DNA of 64,000 nt from an uncultured Acidobacteriaceae bacterium (lineage in GTDB: Bacteria; Acidobacteriota; Terriglobia; Terriglobales; Acidobacteriaceae). The stretch is from assembly GCA_963828325.1 (NCBI GenBank), contig CAWHEK010000026.1, positions 134,559 through 198,558 on the forward strand, read 5' to 3'. Positions 10,776 to 20,143 of this stretch are shown in pieces. Numbering within the stretch: the first letter of the stretch is position 1; every line of letters begins with the position of its first letter. Position numbers and translations under genes: made by a program. Under the pieces are notes generated by a model. That model saw only the letters and a program-made list of their open reading frames with translations, was not told where the DNA came from and did not search any database.

Positions 10776-11860
10776 GCGGACGACCCAACGCTCAAGCCGC
10801 TGCGAGCGAATTCCAATTCCACGGCGAAGTCTTGAGCCTCACGCCGCATGGTGGCGGCCACATCAATGACACGTTTCTTGTCACCTGCCGGGCGCCGGGC
10901 GCGACGCACCGTTACATTCTGCAGCACATTAACCGTCACGTCTTCCACGATCCCGTCGCCGTCATGCAGAACATCGAGCGCGTAACGGCGCATCTCGCCG
11001 CTCAAGCAGTGGGCGAACCGGACGGAGCGCGCCGCACCCTTCATCTTGTTCCCGCGCGAGACGGCCGCAACTGGTACGTGGATTCGCAAGGCGAAACGTG
11101 GCGCGCCTATCGTTTGATTGAAGATGCGCGGACCTATGAGACGGCGACTTCGACCGAACAGGCATTTCAGGCCGCTCGCGCCTTCGGCCATTTCCAGCAG
11201 CAGCTCGCCAACCTGCCCCCACCCCGCCTTCACGAGACGATTCCCGACTTTCACTCCACACCCAAGCGATTTGCCGCCCTGGAAGAGGCCATCGCCGCCG
11301 ATATCGCAGGCCGCGCTTTGCCGGCTAAACCGGAGATTGAATTTGCCCGGTCGCGCCAGACCATCGTCGGCGTTCTGCTCGGCGCCAATTTGCCCGAGCG
11401 CATCACCCACAACGACACCAAGTTCAACAATGTTCTGCTCGACGACAAAACCGGCGAAGCCATCTGCGTCATCGATCTCGACACCGTGATGCCCGGCCTG
11501 GCGCTTTATGACTTTGGCGACATGGTCCGCACCACCACAAGCCCCGCGAAAGAAGATGAGCAGGACCTTTCGCGGGTGACCATGCAGTTTCCCATGTTTG
11601 AAGCGCTGGTCCGCGGATATCTTGAAACGGCGGGTGCGTTCCTTACGAGCGCCGAAAGAAAACTACTCGCTTTCTCAGGCAAGCTCATCACGTTTGAAAT
11701 CGGAATCCGTTTTCTTACTGATTATCTTTCGGGCGACACGTACTTCAAAGTGCATCGCGAAGGCCATAACCTCGACCGTTGCCGCACGCAATTCAGGTTG
11801 GTGGAGTCAATCGAGCGGCAGGAAGAAGAAATGAATCGACTGGTTGAGTCGATCGCGTGA
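10766..11860 (+). CDS. nahK: N-acetylhexosamine 1-kinase-like (APH-fold anomeric sugar kinase)
   Basis: GGGHINDTFLV, YILQHINRHVF, ITHNDTKFNNVLLD, IDLDTVMPG, FDFGDMVR and a C-terminal LAFSGKLITFEIGIRFLTDYLSGDTYF...HNLDRCRTQFRLV block. These match my recollection of Bifidobacterium NahK. Confidence 0.7.
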   Translation: MVISGRPNAQAAASEFQFHGEVLSLTPHGGGHINDTFLVTCRAPGATHRYILQHINRHVFHDPVAVMQNIERVTAHLAAQAVGEPDGARRTLHLVPARDGRNWYVDSQGETWRAYRLIEDARTYETATSTEQAFQAARAFGHFQQQLANLPPPRLHETIPDFHSTPKRFAALEEAIAADIAGRALPAKPEIEFARSRQTIVGVLLGANLPERITHNDTKFNNVLLDDKTGEAICVIDLDTVMPGLALYDFGDMVRTTTSPAKEDEQDLSRVTMQFPMFEALVRGYLETAGAFLTSAERKLLAFSGKLITFEIGIRFLTDYLSGDTYFKVHREGHNLDRCRTQFRLVESIERQEEEMNRLVESIA

Positions 11861-11869
11861 ATGATCGGT

Positions 11870-12973
11870 TTAGGGTGCGGATGTGTACGCCGGCAAGTGC
11901 GGGGTCAGGCGGCGAATTACAAACTCCTGAATCAGATTTTGCGCCGCGCTTTCGGCCGTTCCGATCGCCGAATTCTCAAAGGTTACCTCCACGCCACTGC
12001 GGTCGCCGGCCGGATAGTAAAGATTTGAGATTCCTCCGGCAGCAATCCCGCCCAAAATCCCGGCGGTTGCAAACTGCCAGTGGCCGTTATCGCCCCTGCA
12101 CATTACTGCGCTGGCAATGGCATGCATGGCGCGCGAACCAATGCTGCCCGTTCCCTTTACGAAATACCGCGGATCCTGCCGGAACAGCGAAGGAAGAATT
12201 GCGCCTCCGATCATGTTGCCGTCAAAATTGTCGGCATAATTCGCGCCAAATCGTTTCGCGTATCCCCCCGCGCCCTCGCCGTAGCCTTTGAATGTGTGAC
12301 TGCTTTGCTCGATTCCGGCCACGGTTCCCGTCATCAGAAAAGTCATCGGATCTATTGAGGTCCTCCACGCGAGCTCGAATTTCTGACGGGGCGTGAGTGG
12401 AAGAGCATCCGGATCGTAGCTGACGTAATAGTTCGGCAAGATGCCGAGGATCCGCTGCTGTTCTTCCACATTCAACTGCGCTTCGGCAATCTCCTCCTGC
12501 GAGCCGGCCGAAACCTGAATGGAGTTCGCCGCCTCCGCCATGGGCAGAACGATGGTCCGCGCATCATAGGACTCGCCCGAGTGCAACTCGCCCGAAACGG
12601 TCTGGGTTTGAAAGCCGTTCGAGGAAACGGTGACTTTGAATTGCCCCGGACCAAGCTCATCAAAGTTGAAAGCGCCGCTCGAGTCGGTCCGCAGGGTCGT
12701 TGCGGAAGCGCCGCCGGGCCGGCTCAACACCACGCTTGCGCCTTCGTACACCTCTCCGTCAGCGCTCTCAACGGTTCCGTGCACACTTCCCATCACCGGG
12801 TCGGCGGGCGACGCTGCTTGTGTCGCTGCCTCTTGTGCCTCAGCGCATAAAGCCACCAGCAAGCATGCCCCGAGCAAAACCAGACGCACGCTGCACGGCC
12901 GCATCAAACCGCGCAAGGCTCCGCTTCTCTGTGCCTGGTTTTCGATCGATTTAGCTCCCAACCCGAAGTCCAA
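11870..12973 (-). CDS. secreted carboxypeptidase-regulatory-like (CarboxypepD_reg) domain protein
   Basis: Signal peptide followed by GSVHGTVESADGEVYEGASVVLS...SSGAFNFDELGPGQFKVTVSSNGFQ. Confidence 0.7.
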   Translation of the reverse strand: MDFGLGAKSIENQAQRSGALRGLMRPCSVRLVLLGACLLVALCAEAQEAATQAASPADPVMGSVHGTVESADGEVYEGASVVLSRPGGASATTLRTDSSGAFNFDELGPGQFKVTVSSNGFQTQTVSGELHSGESYDARTIVLPMAEAANSIQVSAGSQEEIAEAQLNVEEQQRILGILPNYYVSYDPDALPLTPRQKFELAWRTSIDPMTFLMTGTVAGIEQSSHTFKGYGEGAGGYAKRFGANYADNFDGNMIGGAILPSLFRQDPRYFVKGTGSIGSRAMHAIASAVMCRGDNGHWQFATAGILGGIAAGGISNLYYPAGDRSGVEVTFENSAIGTAESAAQNLIQEFVIRRLTPHLPAYTSAP

Positions 12974-13207
12974 GGCATTCGAGCGTGAAGGAGCCTTCGG
13001 AGAAAATAGGGTTCTGCACTCATTTGACGAAAAACGCGCCGTCCGGTCGCGCTCTTCAGGGATGTTCAGGTGAGTTTAGTTTAGAGAACATTCGCGTTGA
13101 TTGAGCATCAAATGCCGGCAGCGTTCCTTCAAGTTAACTGCCCGATTTGGGGGATTGCCTGGGCTTAAACACAAAAGAGCTTAGGATGAGGGCTGCAGGT
13201 TACAGTC

Positions 13208-14929
13208 TTATTGACTCTGACCGGGAATTTGCGGCGACGTGTGTCCGATCTTCTTGAAGTCAACCCCAAACATCGGGTCGTGTACAGTGCCATTGATGTG
13301 AATAGGCACCTCGGTTCCCGCGCCGTCTTTTTTGAAGAATCGATCGGCCGGTATCAGCAGGATTCCCTTCCATCCGCCCACCATCCTCGAAACTGTCGCC
13401 TCTGTTCGGACGGTGCCCCTGAAGCTCAATGTTCCGCCATCGGCGCCATACTTCCCCGCCAAATCGATCTCCGCTCCAGGCACGGTGTACTTCAGATTCG
13501 GAAACGTAATCGCTCCATTGGCCATGGTGAAATCGCCCTCAATCGTCGAGCGCACATCGGCCCCTGCGTACTTCGCGTCCTTGGGCTGGCCTTGCCCGCG
13601 CATGCTCAGATCACCCACTTCGTTCTGGATTTTGGTGCTCGTGAACGCGGCGGCCTCGAGCCGAAAGTTTCCGTCCAGCTTGATTTTGTCGGACACGGAC
13701 TCCACTCCCGGCGGAATCTCAAGTTTCGTCTTCAATGCCAGCTCACCTGTAAGAATGGGCGTCCCACTTCCGCTCGTCAAACGTAGAAAATCCTCCATCC
13801 GCCCCCTGCCGATATTTACATTCAGCGCTATCTCGTGGCCGCCTTGCCGCGTGGTCCCATTCGTCAACTTTTGCGGCGGAACTCCAACGATCTCCCCTTC
13901 AGCGGTAAAGTGCGATTGCCCAAGCGTGGCGCGCACTGGATGCAGCCATGTGTCTCCATTCGTCCCATCTACCGTAGCCTGGAACGTTGTCTCGAGCGGC
14001 ATTGCCGTGCCATAGTGCGTCAACTTGAAATCCGGAGTCTCTGTCTGACCCTCCACTTCGAGGTTTCTGAGAACACCCTGGTACATGCCGGTCGAGTTCA
14101 GCGTCCCCGCAATTCCTTTAAAGACGCTCAGATCAGCATTCTCAAATCGGTATTGGCCCTCAACCGGACTTTCGCCTGGGTCCTCCACCGCCCACGGCCC
14201 AAAGCTGCCCGAAGTGATGATGGTTCCTTTCGGCCGGGGGTTCGTTAGTTGCGCGTCGAAGTGCATTGCATTGTTCACGCTCACGTGGGTCAGATTCACA
14301 TGGGCGATGGCAAACTCCAAGGGAAGCTTTCCCGGCTTACTGGTCTCGATCGTCAAATGCGCGTCGTTGCAGACGATGCTGCTTATCAAGAAGCTTAGAA
14401 TCGGCGTTCCGTTTTGCGCCGGCGCCGCTCCACCTGCCGGCTGGGCCCGGTGACCATCGTGCGGCTTCGGCGGTACATCCACATCCAATCCAGTCAAATG
14501 CACAACTGAAATCTTGATCGGCTCACCCGGTTTGTAATGCAGCGGGGCGTGAAACCTGAAGTCCCTCAGCTGAATGAGTGGCTCCGTCCTGTCGACGCCA
14601 TTTTCTTGCGCTACGTCTGCCGCGGGCCAGATGCGCAGCCCTTTTCCCTCAGCCCAGACGCCGTTGCTGAAGGAAACATGAAAGCTGTCCAATTCCACGC
14701 GTGCGTGAAAATGATCTTCAAGCCTTCCCACGATCGCGGCGCGCAGCATGGGCTCCACCCGGCGGATCGCCACGCTGATGGCAATCCCAAGCACAATCGA
14801 CGCGAGCAGGACGGCCCCGGCGACCCACCAGAGCCATCTGTGCTTGCGCTTCTTTGCCGGTCGCCCCGATGTCACCCTCCACCCTCGCCCGGGATCATTC
14901 TCGGAGCTCTTTTGTGCTGGAAGATTCAT
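13208..14929 (-). CDS. membrane-anchored hypothetical protein (possibly AsmA-like)
   Basis: 573 aa with a single N-terminal TM segment (WLWWVAGAVLLASIVLGIAISVAI) and a long beta-rich periplasmic part. The family assignment is tentative. Confidence 0.5.
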   Translation of the reverse strand: MNLPAQKSSENDPGRGWRVTSGRPAKKRKHRWLWWVAGAVLLASIVLGIAISVAIRRVEPMLRAAIVGRLEDHFHARVELDSFHVSFSNGVWAEGKGLRIWPAADVAQENGVDRTEPLIQLRDFRFHAPLHYKPGEPIKISVVHLTGLDVDVPPKPHDGHRAQPAGGAAPAQNGTPILSFLISSIVCNDAHLTIETSKPGKLPLEFAIAHVNLTHVSVNNAMHFDAQLTNPRPKGTIITSGSFGPWAVEDPGESPVEGQYRFENADLSVFKGIAGTLNSTGMYQGVLRNLEVEGQTETPDFKLTHYGTAMPLETTFQATVDGTNGDTWLHPVRATLGQSHFTAEGEIVGVPPQKLTNGTTRQGGHEIALNVNIGRGRMEDFLRLTSGSGTPILTGELALKTKLEIPPGVESVSDKIKLDGNFRLEAAAFTSTKIQNEVGDLSMRGQGQPKDAKYAGADVRSTIEGDFTMANGAITFPNLKYTVPGAEIDLAGKYGADGGTLSFRGTVRTEATVSRMVGGWKGILLIPADRFFKKDGAGTEVPIHINGTVHDPMFGVDFKKIGHTSPQIPGQSQ

Positions 14930-15074
14930 TCCCTGTTCCGTTTAAGGGCGTTCGTGGCCGAAAACCCATCGGCCGCGCCGCTCTCTTCTATTGGACTCGG
15001 CTCGTTGGTCCCCCGCTCTCTGCGATCCCCTCTTTTGTTTCTGATGCCCTAATGACTTAGACTTCTTCTCACCC

Positions 15075-15860
15075 ATGCAAGCACTGATTGAAAACCTGGT
15101 AAAGCTCCAATCGATCGACCTTAATCGAGCCCGTCTGAATCAAGAGATGCGCGCGCTGCCCTCTGAGATCGCTCAGGCCGAGGCCGCGCTTTCTGCTGCC
15201 CAGCGCCAGTCGGCCGACCTCTCTGCCGCGCTCGGGCGCGAAGACTCCCTGCGCACCAAGCTCGAAAGGGAGATCGATACGCACCGCAAGAAGGCTGCCC
15301 GTTTCCGCGTCCAGCTCGACTCGGTGACCACTCCCGAACAGGCCGCAGCCATTGAACACGAGATCCAATTCACGACCGCAGAGGCAGACCGCCTCGAAAG
15401 TGAAGAATACGCGAGCCTGGAACGCACCGAAGCGCACGAAGCCGCACTATCCCAGTCCCGCGCCCAGGTGGAGCAGCTCGCCGCCGGCGTGGAGTCGGTT
15501 CGCGCCCGCGTTGCTGAGCGCCAACAGGAACTCGGCGGCAGACTGGCGGCTTTTGAAACGGAACGTGAGGCCGTCCGCGGCGCTATCGATGCCGATTGGC
15601 TGGCTCGCTTTGACCACATTGTCAAAGGCCGCGGCACTGGCATCGCCCGCGCCGAAAATCAGCAATGCACCGGATGCAGCATGGGAGTGCGTCCGCAAGT
15701 ATGGAACCAGCTCCGCGAGGGCGAACTGCTCACCTGCGACAGCTGCAGCCGTCTTCTCTACTGGGATCCGGCGATGGCCCCCGCCCCCAAAGCGCCGCAA
15801 CCGGAATTGATCCCGGGCGCCGGCCGCGCCCCGCGCAAGCCACGCGAGGCCGGGGCGTAA
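15075..15860 (+). CDS. coiled-coil protein with C-terminal C4 zinc ribbon (COG1579-like)
   Basis: Long heptad-rich N-terminus, then CTGCSMGV...N20...CDSCSRLLYW. Confidence 0.7.
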   Translation: MQALIENLVKLQSIDLNRARLNQEMRALPSEIAQAEAALSAAQRQSADLSAALGREDSLRTKLEREIDTHRKKAARFRVQLDSVTTPEQAAAIEHEIQFTTAEADRLESEEYASLERTEAHEAALSQSRAQVEQLAAGVESVRARVAERQQELGGRLAAFETEREAVRGAIDADWLARFDHIVKGRGTGIARAENQQCTGCSMGVRPQVWNQLREGELLTCDSCSRLLYWDPAMAPAPKAPQPELIPGAGRAPRKPREAGA

Positions 15861-15871
15861 CAGGCTCTCCA

Positions 15872-17047
15872 ATGCGGTCTTCAGGGCCAGCGAATCTCGA
15901 GCATCGCTCCTCTCTTCCGGTGTTCAGGATTTGTCTGGCAATTCTGGCCTGCTTCTTTGTTTCGATCGCCGATCCGCCAGTCCTCGCCGGCACACCCTCC
16001 GCGATTACGGTTCAAGGGTCGGGCGTTCAGCCGCAGCTCGGCTTTGCCTGCTGCGACCAGGGCATACCGAAAATGCAGGCGCTCTTCGCCGATCCCGCTA
16101 CCATCACGGCTCTTCGCGCTTTGCACGCAGAGGTAGCAGTCGCCCTTCCGGACTACTCCCCGGAACGCGCGAGGGTGGTGCGCATGCTTAATCAGCAGCA
16201 GATTCCGGTGATCGCAGGATTAGCGCTGCAGACAAAAGACGGCCCCTATTTCAATGCCGATGATGCAGCCGAGGCCCCGGCCCAATATGCCGCCTTCGAA
16301 GCGTGGACCCAGCAGAACGGCCTGCATTGGGCCGCTGTCGGACTCGACATCGAGCCCAACTTCGCCCAGCTAGCAGCGCTCAAGAACCACCCTTTGAGGC
16401 TCGTCTCGATGTTGTTCCGCAACAGCTTCAACAGCGAGCGCATGGACCGCGCGCAGCGGATCTATTCCGCGATGATCCGCCAGATTCAGTCGCAAGGTTA
16501 TCCGGTCGAGACTTTTACCCTGCCCTACGGTCCGGTGGAGAACAATGTCCACACCGACCTTCTCGACCGCCTGCTGGGCACCGTCGACCTGCGAAGCGAC
16601 GAGAATTATCTGATGATTTATACGAGTTATGCGCGGCCCGTCGGGTCGTCAATCATTCTGGATCTCGGTCCCTATGCGCAGGGCATCGCCGTCGGCATCA
16701 CCGATGGCCCGCCACCCGCCGGCTCCGGGTTCGGCCCACTCGATTGGGACGAGTTCTCGAGTGACTTGCTCGTCGCCAGCCATTTCACGCGTCACATCGG
16801 GGTCTATAACCTTGAAGGCTGCGTTAGCCAAGGATATTTGCTTCGCCTCGAATCGATGAATTGGAGCGCGTCCGTGGTGCTTCCCGCAGCGTCAGTCTCC
16901 CGCGCTGATCGGCACGTGATGGCTTTTGGCATGGCGCTTTGGATCGCAGCGCACCTTTTGTATTTTGTCGCCGCCGCACTCCTGATTCTGATTCTGCTGG
17001 TTTGGCGATGGCGCATCCGCAAACGCAGGCTCGCGCTCGCGGATTAA
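15872..17047 (+). CDS. hypothetical exported or membrane protein
   Basis: ORF-track ORF 15665..17047 overlaps the previous gene, so I prefer the ATG at 15872. N-terminal signal/TM segment (ICLAILACFFVSIA) and a C-terminal TM followed by a basic tail. Confidence 0.5.
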   Translation: MRSSGPANLEHRSSLPVFRICLAILACFFVSIADPPVLAGTPSAITVQGSGVQPQLGFACCDQGIPKMQALFADPATITALRALHAEVAVALPDYSPERARVVRMLNQQQIPVIAGLALQTKDGPYFNADDAAEAPAQYAAFEAWTQQNGLHWAAVGLDIEPNFAQLAALKNHPLRLVSMLFRNSFNSERMDRAQRIYSAMIRQIQSQGYPVETFTLPYGPVENNVHTDLLDRLLGTVDLRSDENYLMIYTSYARPVGSSIILDLGPYAQGIAVGITDGPPPAGSGFGPLDWDEFSSDLLVASHFTRHIGVYNLEGCVSQGYLLRLESMNWSASVVLPAASVSRADRHVMAFGMALWIAAHLLYFVAAALLILILLVWRWRIRKRRLALAD

Positions 17048-17100
17048 ATCGCTCTTCGCCTGCTACCCTTTTCTTGAACGCCCTTTTAAGGAACACATCC

Positions 17101-17655
17101 GTGCAGCGCATCTGTGTCGATATGGACGAGGTGATGGCCGACACGCTCGCCGAGCATCTGCGCCGGTATAACCAGGCGTTCGATGAAGCCGTGACGCCGG
17201 AGGACCTTGCCGGCAAAGGCTTGTGGGAGGTCGCGCCGCAAGACCGTCAGGCAGAGCTCCGCGCTTTTCTCGACGCTGAAGACTTTTTCGAAGTGCTGGA
17301 TGTGATTCCCGATGCGCAGCCGGTGCTCAAGGAGCTTTCCTCGCGTTTTGAGATCTTTATTGCTACGCAGGCCATGGCGGTGCCCAACTCCCTCGGTCCC
17401 AAGTACCGATGGTTGCAGCGCCACTTTTCCTTCATCCCTCCCACGCATTACGTGTTTTGCGGCAACAAATCAATTCTGCGCGCCGACTATCTCATCGACG
17501 ACCAGCCCAGGAACCTCACTCGCTTTGAGGGCCAGGGACTGCTTTACACCGCTCCGCACAACCTGACCGCGACCGGATTTGTGCGCGTGAACAACTGGCC
17601 TGAAGTCGCCGATTACTTCGGCTCCATCCCAGCCGATCCCCAAAGCCCAGCCTGA
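17101..17655 (+). CDS. 5'(3')-deoxyribonucleotidase (HAD, NT5C-type)
   Basis: GTG at 17101 preceded by AAGGA. DxDxV motif in RICVDMDEVMAD. IFIATQA...ADYLIDDQP...APHN. Confidence 0.7.
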   Translation: MQRICVDMDEVMADTLAEHLRRYNQAFDEAVTPEDLAGKGLWEVAPQDRQAELRAFLDAEDFFEVLDVIPDAQPVLKELSSRFEIFIATQAMAVPNSLGPKYRWLQRHFSFIPPTHYVFCGNKSILRADYLIDDQPRNLTRFEGQGLLYTAPHNLTATGFVRVNNWPEVADYFGSIPADPQSPA

Positions 17656-17751
17656 TCGGACAGGAAAGATCATGAATTCGCATGGTCTCCAACCCTGTGA
17701 TTTAGAGCGGGACTGGAAGACTCGCCCCTTCCAGCTTCGATACCATGAGAT

Positions 17752-18651
17752 GTGACAGTGTCCGAGACCATTTCCAAGGCGCCTATCTCGCGGCGCCACT
17801 TCCTTGTCGCAAGTGCATGTGCCGGAGCGGGATTGGCGCTCTACAGCAGCGAAATTGAGCGGCACTGGATCGAGATCACGCGCTACGACGTCTTCGTCCC
17901 AAGTCTGCCGAAAGCTTTCGACGGTTTCCGCATCGCGCAACTCAGCGACATCCACATAGACGGTTACACGGAGCCCTTCTTCGTGAGAGACGCTGTCCGT
18001 CACATCAACCGCTTGAACCCGGACGCGGTGTTTCTCACCGGCGATTTTGTGAGTCGCGGGTTTTTGCCGAGGATGCTGGCTATCGGTTCAGCGTGGCAGT
18101 GCGCAAAGTTACTCAATGAGCTCGAATGTTTGAACCGCTACGCAGTTCTCGGCAATCACGACGTGATGATTAGCCGGGCGGCTGTAAGCGAGGCGCTCCG
18201 CGAAAGTGCCATTACTGTTCTCGACAACGCGCATGTGCCTGTCGAACGCGCCGGCGCCCGATTCTGGCTCGCCGGTCTCGACGATCCTCTCGAAGGCGTC
18301 CCCGATCCGGTTACGGCTATGCCCGCCTCCATCCGCAACGCTCCGCACGAGCCCATCGTTCTGCTTTGCCATGCCCCCGATTACGTGGATACCTTGTTAA
18401 CGCTTCCCGAGGGCCAAGCAGTTTCTTTCATGCTCTCTGGTCACACCCACGGCGGCCAGGTACGAATGCCATTCGCAGGGCCTCTGATCCTTCCGCCGCT
18501 GGGCCGCAAGTATGTTGAAGGCTGGTTCCGCTTCGGAGATCTGCAACTCTACGTCAATCGCGGTCTGGGCACAGTCAGCGTCCCTTTCCGTTTCGACTGC
18601 CCGCCGGAGATTACTCTGTTCACGTTGCGGGCCTCGGGGGCGCCCGGCTAA
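17752..18651 (+). CDS. metallophosphoesterase with twin-arginine-like signal
   Basis: SRRHFLVASACAGAG Tat-like N-terminus. DIHID, GDFV, GNHD and SGHTHGGQ calcineurin-like motifs. Confidence 0.8.
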   Translation: MTVSETISKAPISRRHFLVASACAGAGLALYSSEIERHWIEITRYDVFVPSLPKAFDGFRIAQLSDIHIDGYTEPFFVRDAVRHINRLNPDAVFLTGDFVSRGFLPRMLAIGSAWQCAKLLNELECLNRYAVLGNHDVMISRAAVSEALRESAITVLDNAHVPVERAGARFWLAGLDDPLEGVPDPVTAMPASIRNAPHEPIVLLCHAPDYVDTLLTLPEGQAVSFMLSGHTHGGQVRMPFAGPLILPPLGRKYVEGWFRFGDLQLYVNRGLGTVSVPFRFDCPPEITLFTLRASGAPG

Positions 18652-18683
18652 CGGCGGCCAGCGCCTGACGAGAAATCGATGGT

Positions 18684-20081
18684 TTATGCCCCCGCGATCG
18701 TCATCCCATCGATGCGCAGCGTCGGCGAAGCTACCGATCCCCTGAATCCCAGATCGTAGCCGATGGCCACGATGTTGCGCAGCATCTCGGCCAGGTTTCC
18801 GGCGATCGTCACCTCTTCCACGGCGTGCGTCAGTTGGCCGTTATCAATCCACAGACCCGTCGCGCCGCGCGAGTAGTCGCCGGTGACGAGATTCGTGCCG
18901 AAGCCCATCAGCCCCGTCACATAGAGCCCTGCCGAAACATCCGCGATGATCTCCTCTGGAGCCAGAGGTCCGGGCTCAAGAAATAGATTGCCGCAGCCGA
19001 TCCCAGGGGCGCCTGCCAATCCTCGCGCGGCGTTGTGCGTGGACTTCATGCCCAGCTTGCGCGCGGTGTACGTATTCAGCAGGTAATTGCGCAGCACGCC
19101 GTTCTCGACGACGATGGTGCGCCGCGAAGCCAGGCCTTCATCATCGAACGGGGAAGTTCCGAACCCGCCCACACCCGAGGGCAACAGCATTGTGTTGTCG
19201 TCCACGATAGTCACGTTGGCTGCGCCAATGATTTCGCCGAGCTTGCCGGCCAAAAACGAAGCACCGCGCCAGATTGAATCGCCTGAAGCAGCCTCGAAAA
19301 CTGATCCAATAAGCGACCGCGCCGTCTCCGGCGCAAAAACGATCGGAACCCGCTGCGTGGGAACGCGCCGCGCTCCCAGCCGCCGCAGCGTACGCCGAGC
19401 CGCCTCGGCGCCGACCGCCTCAGGAGACTCGACAAGCGCGAGCCGCCGCGCACTCGACCACCAACCATCGCGCTGCATTTTGCCGTTCGCGTCGGTAGCT
19501 AGCGGCGCCGCTGCAACGCCTGCATAGCTGGTGCGATAGCTGCCCACAAATCCGCGCGAGTTGGCCATTGCTTTGCGTCCCGTCGAAGCGTCAAAGCTGC
19601 CGCCGTCGGAGTTTGTGATGCGCTCATCGGCGGCCATCGCCGCCGCCTCGGCCCGCCGCGCCCATGCAATACGTTCCGGCCCTTCGAGCGAGTACACATC
19701 GTCGGAATAAAGATGCAGGTCACCGTCCGCCTTGCCAAACTCGCCGGCGTCAGGCAACCCGGCGAATGGATCTTCCTCCGTGACCTTGGCCAGCGCCAGC
19801 GCGCCGTCGACAAGGTGCCGGATTCCGTCAGCTGTCAGGTCGCTGGTCGAGGCAGATCCAGACCTCTTGCCCACAAACACCCGCAGCCCCAGCCCGCGTG
19901 AACCCGATTCCTTCAGCGTCTCAACTTCGCCCATGCGCACATTTACGCTGAACTCATCGCCCTCGCGCGCGACCGCCTCGGCGTCACTCGCGCCCGCTTT
20001 CAATGCTTGGGCAACGACGTCAGCGACGAGAGATTCGAGATCGATTGCGGTTTCGTTGGATGGGGCGGCGGATTGAGGCAT
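18684..20081 (-). CDS. pmbA: PmbA/TldD-family metalloprotease (PmbA/TldE-like)
   Basis: 465 aa. C-terminal ...GLYVTGLMGFGTNLVTGDYSRGATGLWIDNGQL...PTLRIDGMTIAG is typical of the family. Confidence 0.8.
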   Translation of the reverse strand: MPQSAAPSNETAIDLESLVADVVAQALKAGASDAEAVAREGDEFSVNVRMGEVETLKESGSRGLGLRVFVGKRSGSASTSDLTADGIRHLVDGALALAKVTEEDPFAGLPDAGEFGKADGDLHLYSDDVYSLEGPERIAWARRAEAAAMAADERITNSDGGSFDASTGRKAMANSRGFVGSYRTSYAGVAAAPLATDANGKMQRDGWWSSARRLALVESPEAVGAEAARRTLRRLGARRVPTQRVPIVFAPETARSLIGSVFEAASGDSIWRGASFLAGKLGEIIGAANVTIVDDNTMLLPSGVGGFGTSPFDDEGLASRRTIVVENGVLRNYLLNTYTARKLGMKSTHNAARGLAGAPGIGCGNLFLEPGPLAPEEIIADVSAGLYVTGLMGFGTNLVTGDYSRGATGLWIDNGQLTHAVEEVTIAGNLAEMLRNIVAIGYDLGFRGSVASPTLRIDGMTIAGA

Positions 20082-20143
20082 GTCCTCAAGCTATCAAATG
20101 CGGCTTGGATGCCTCTGCGCTTCAGAAGATCGAAAACAAAGAC

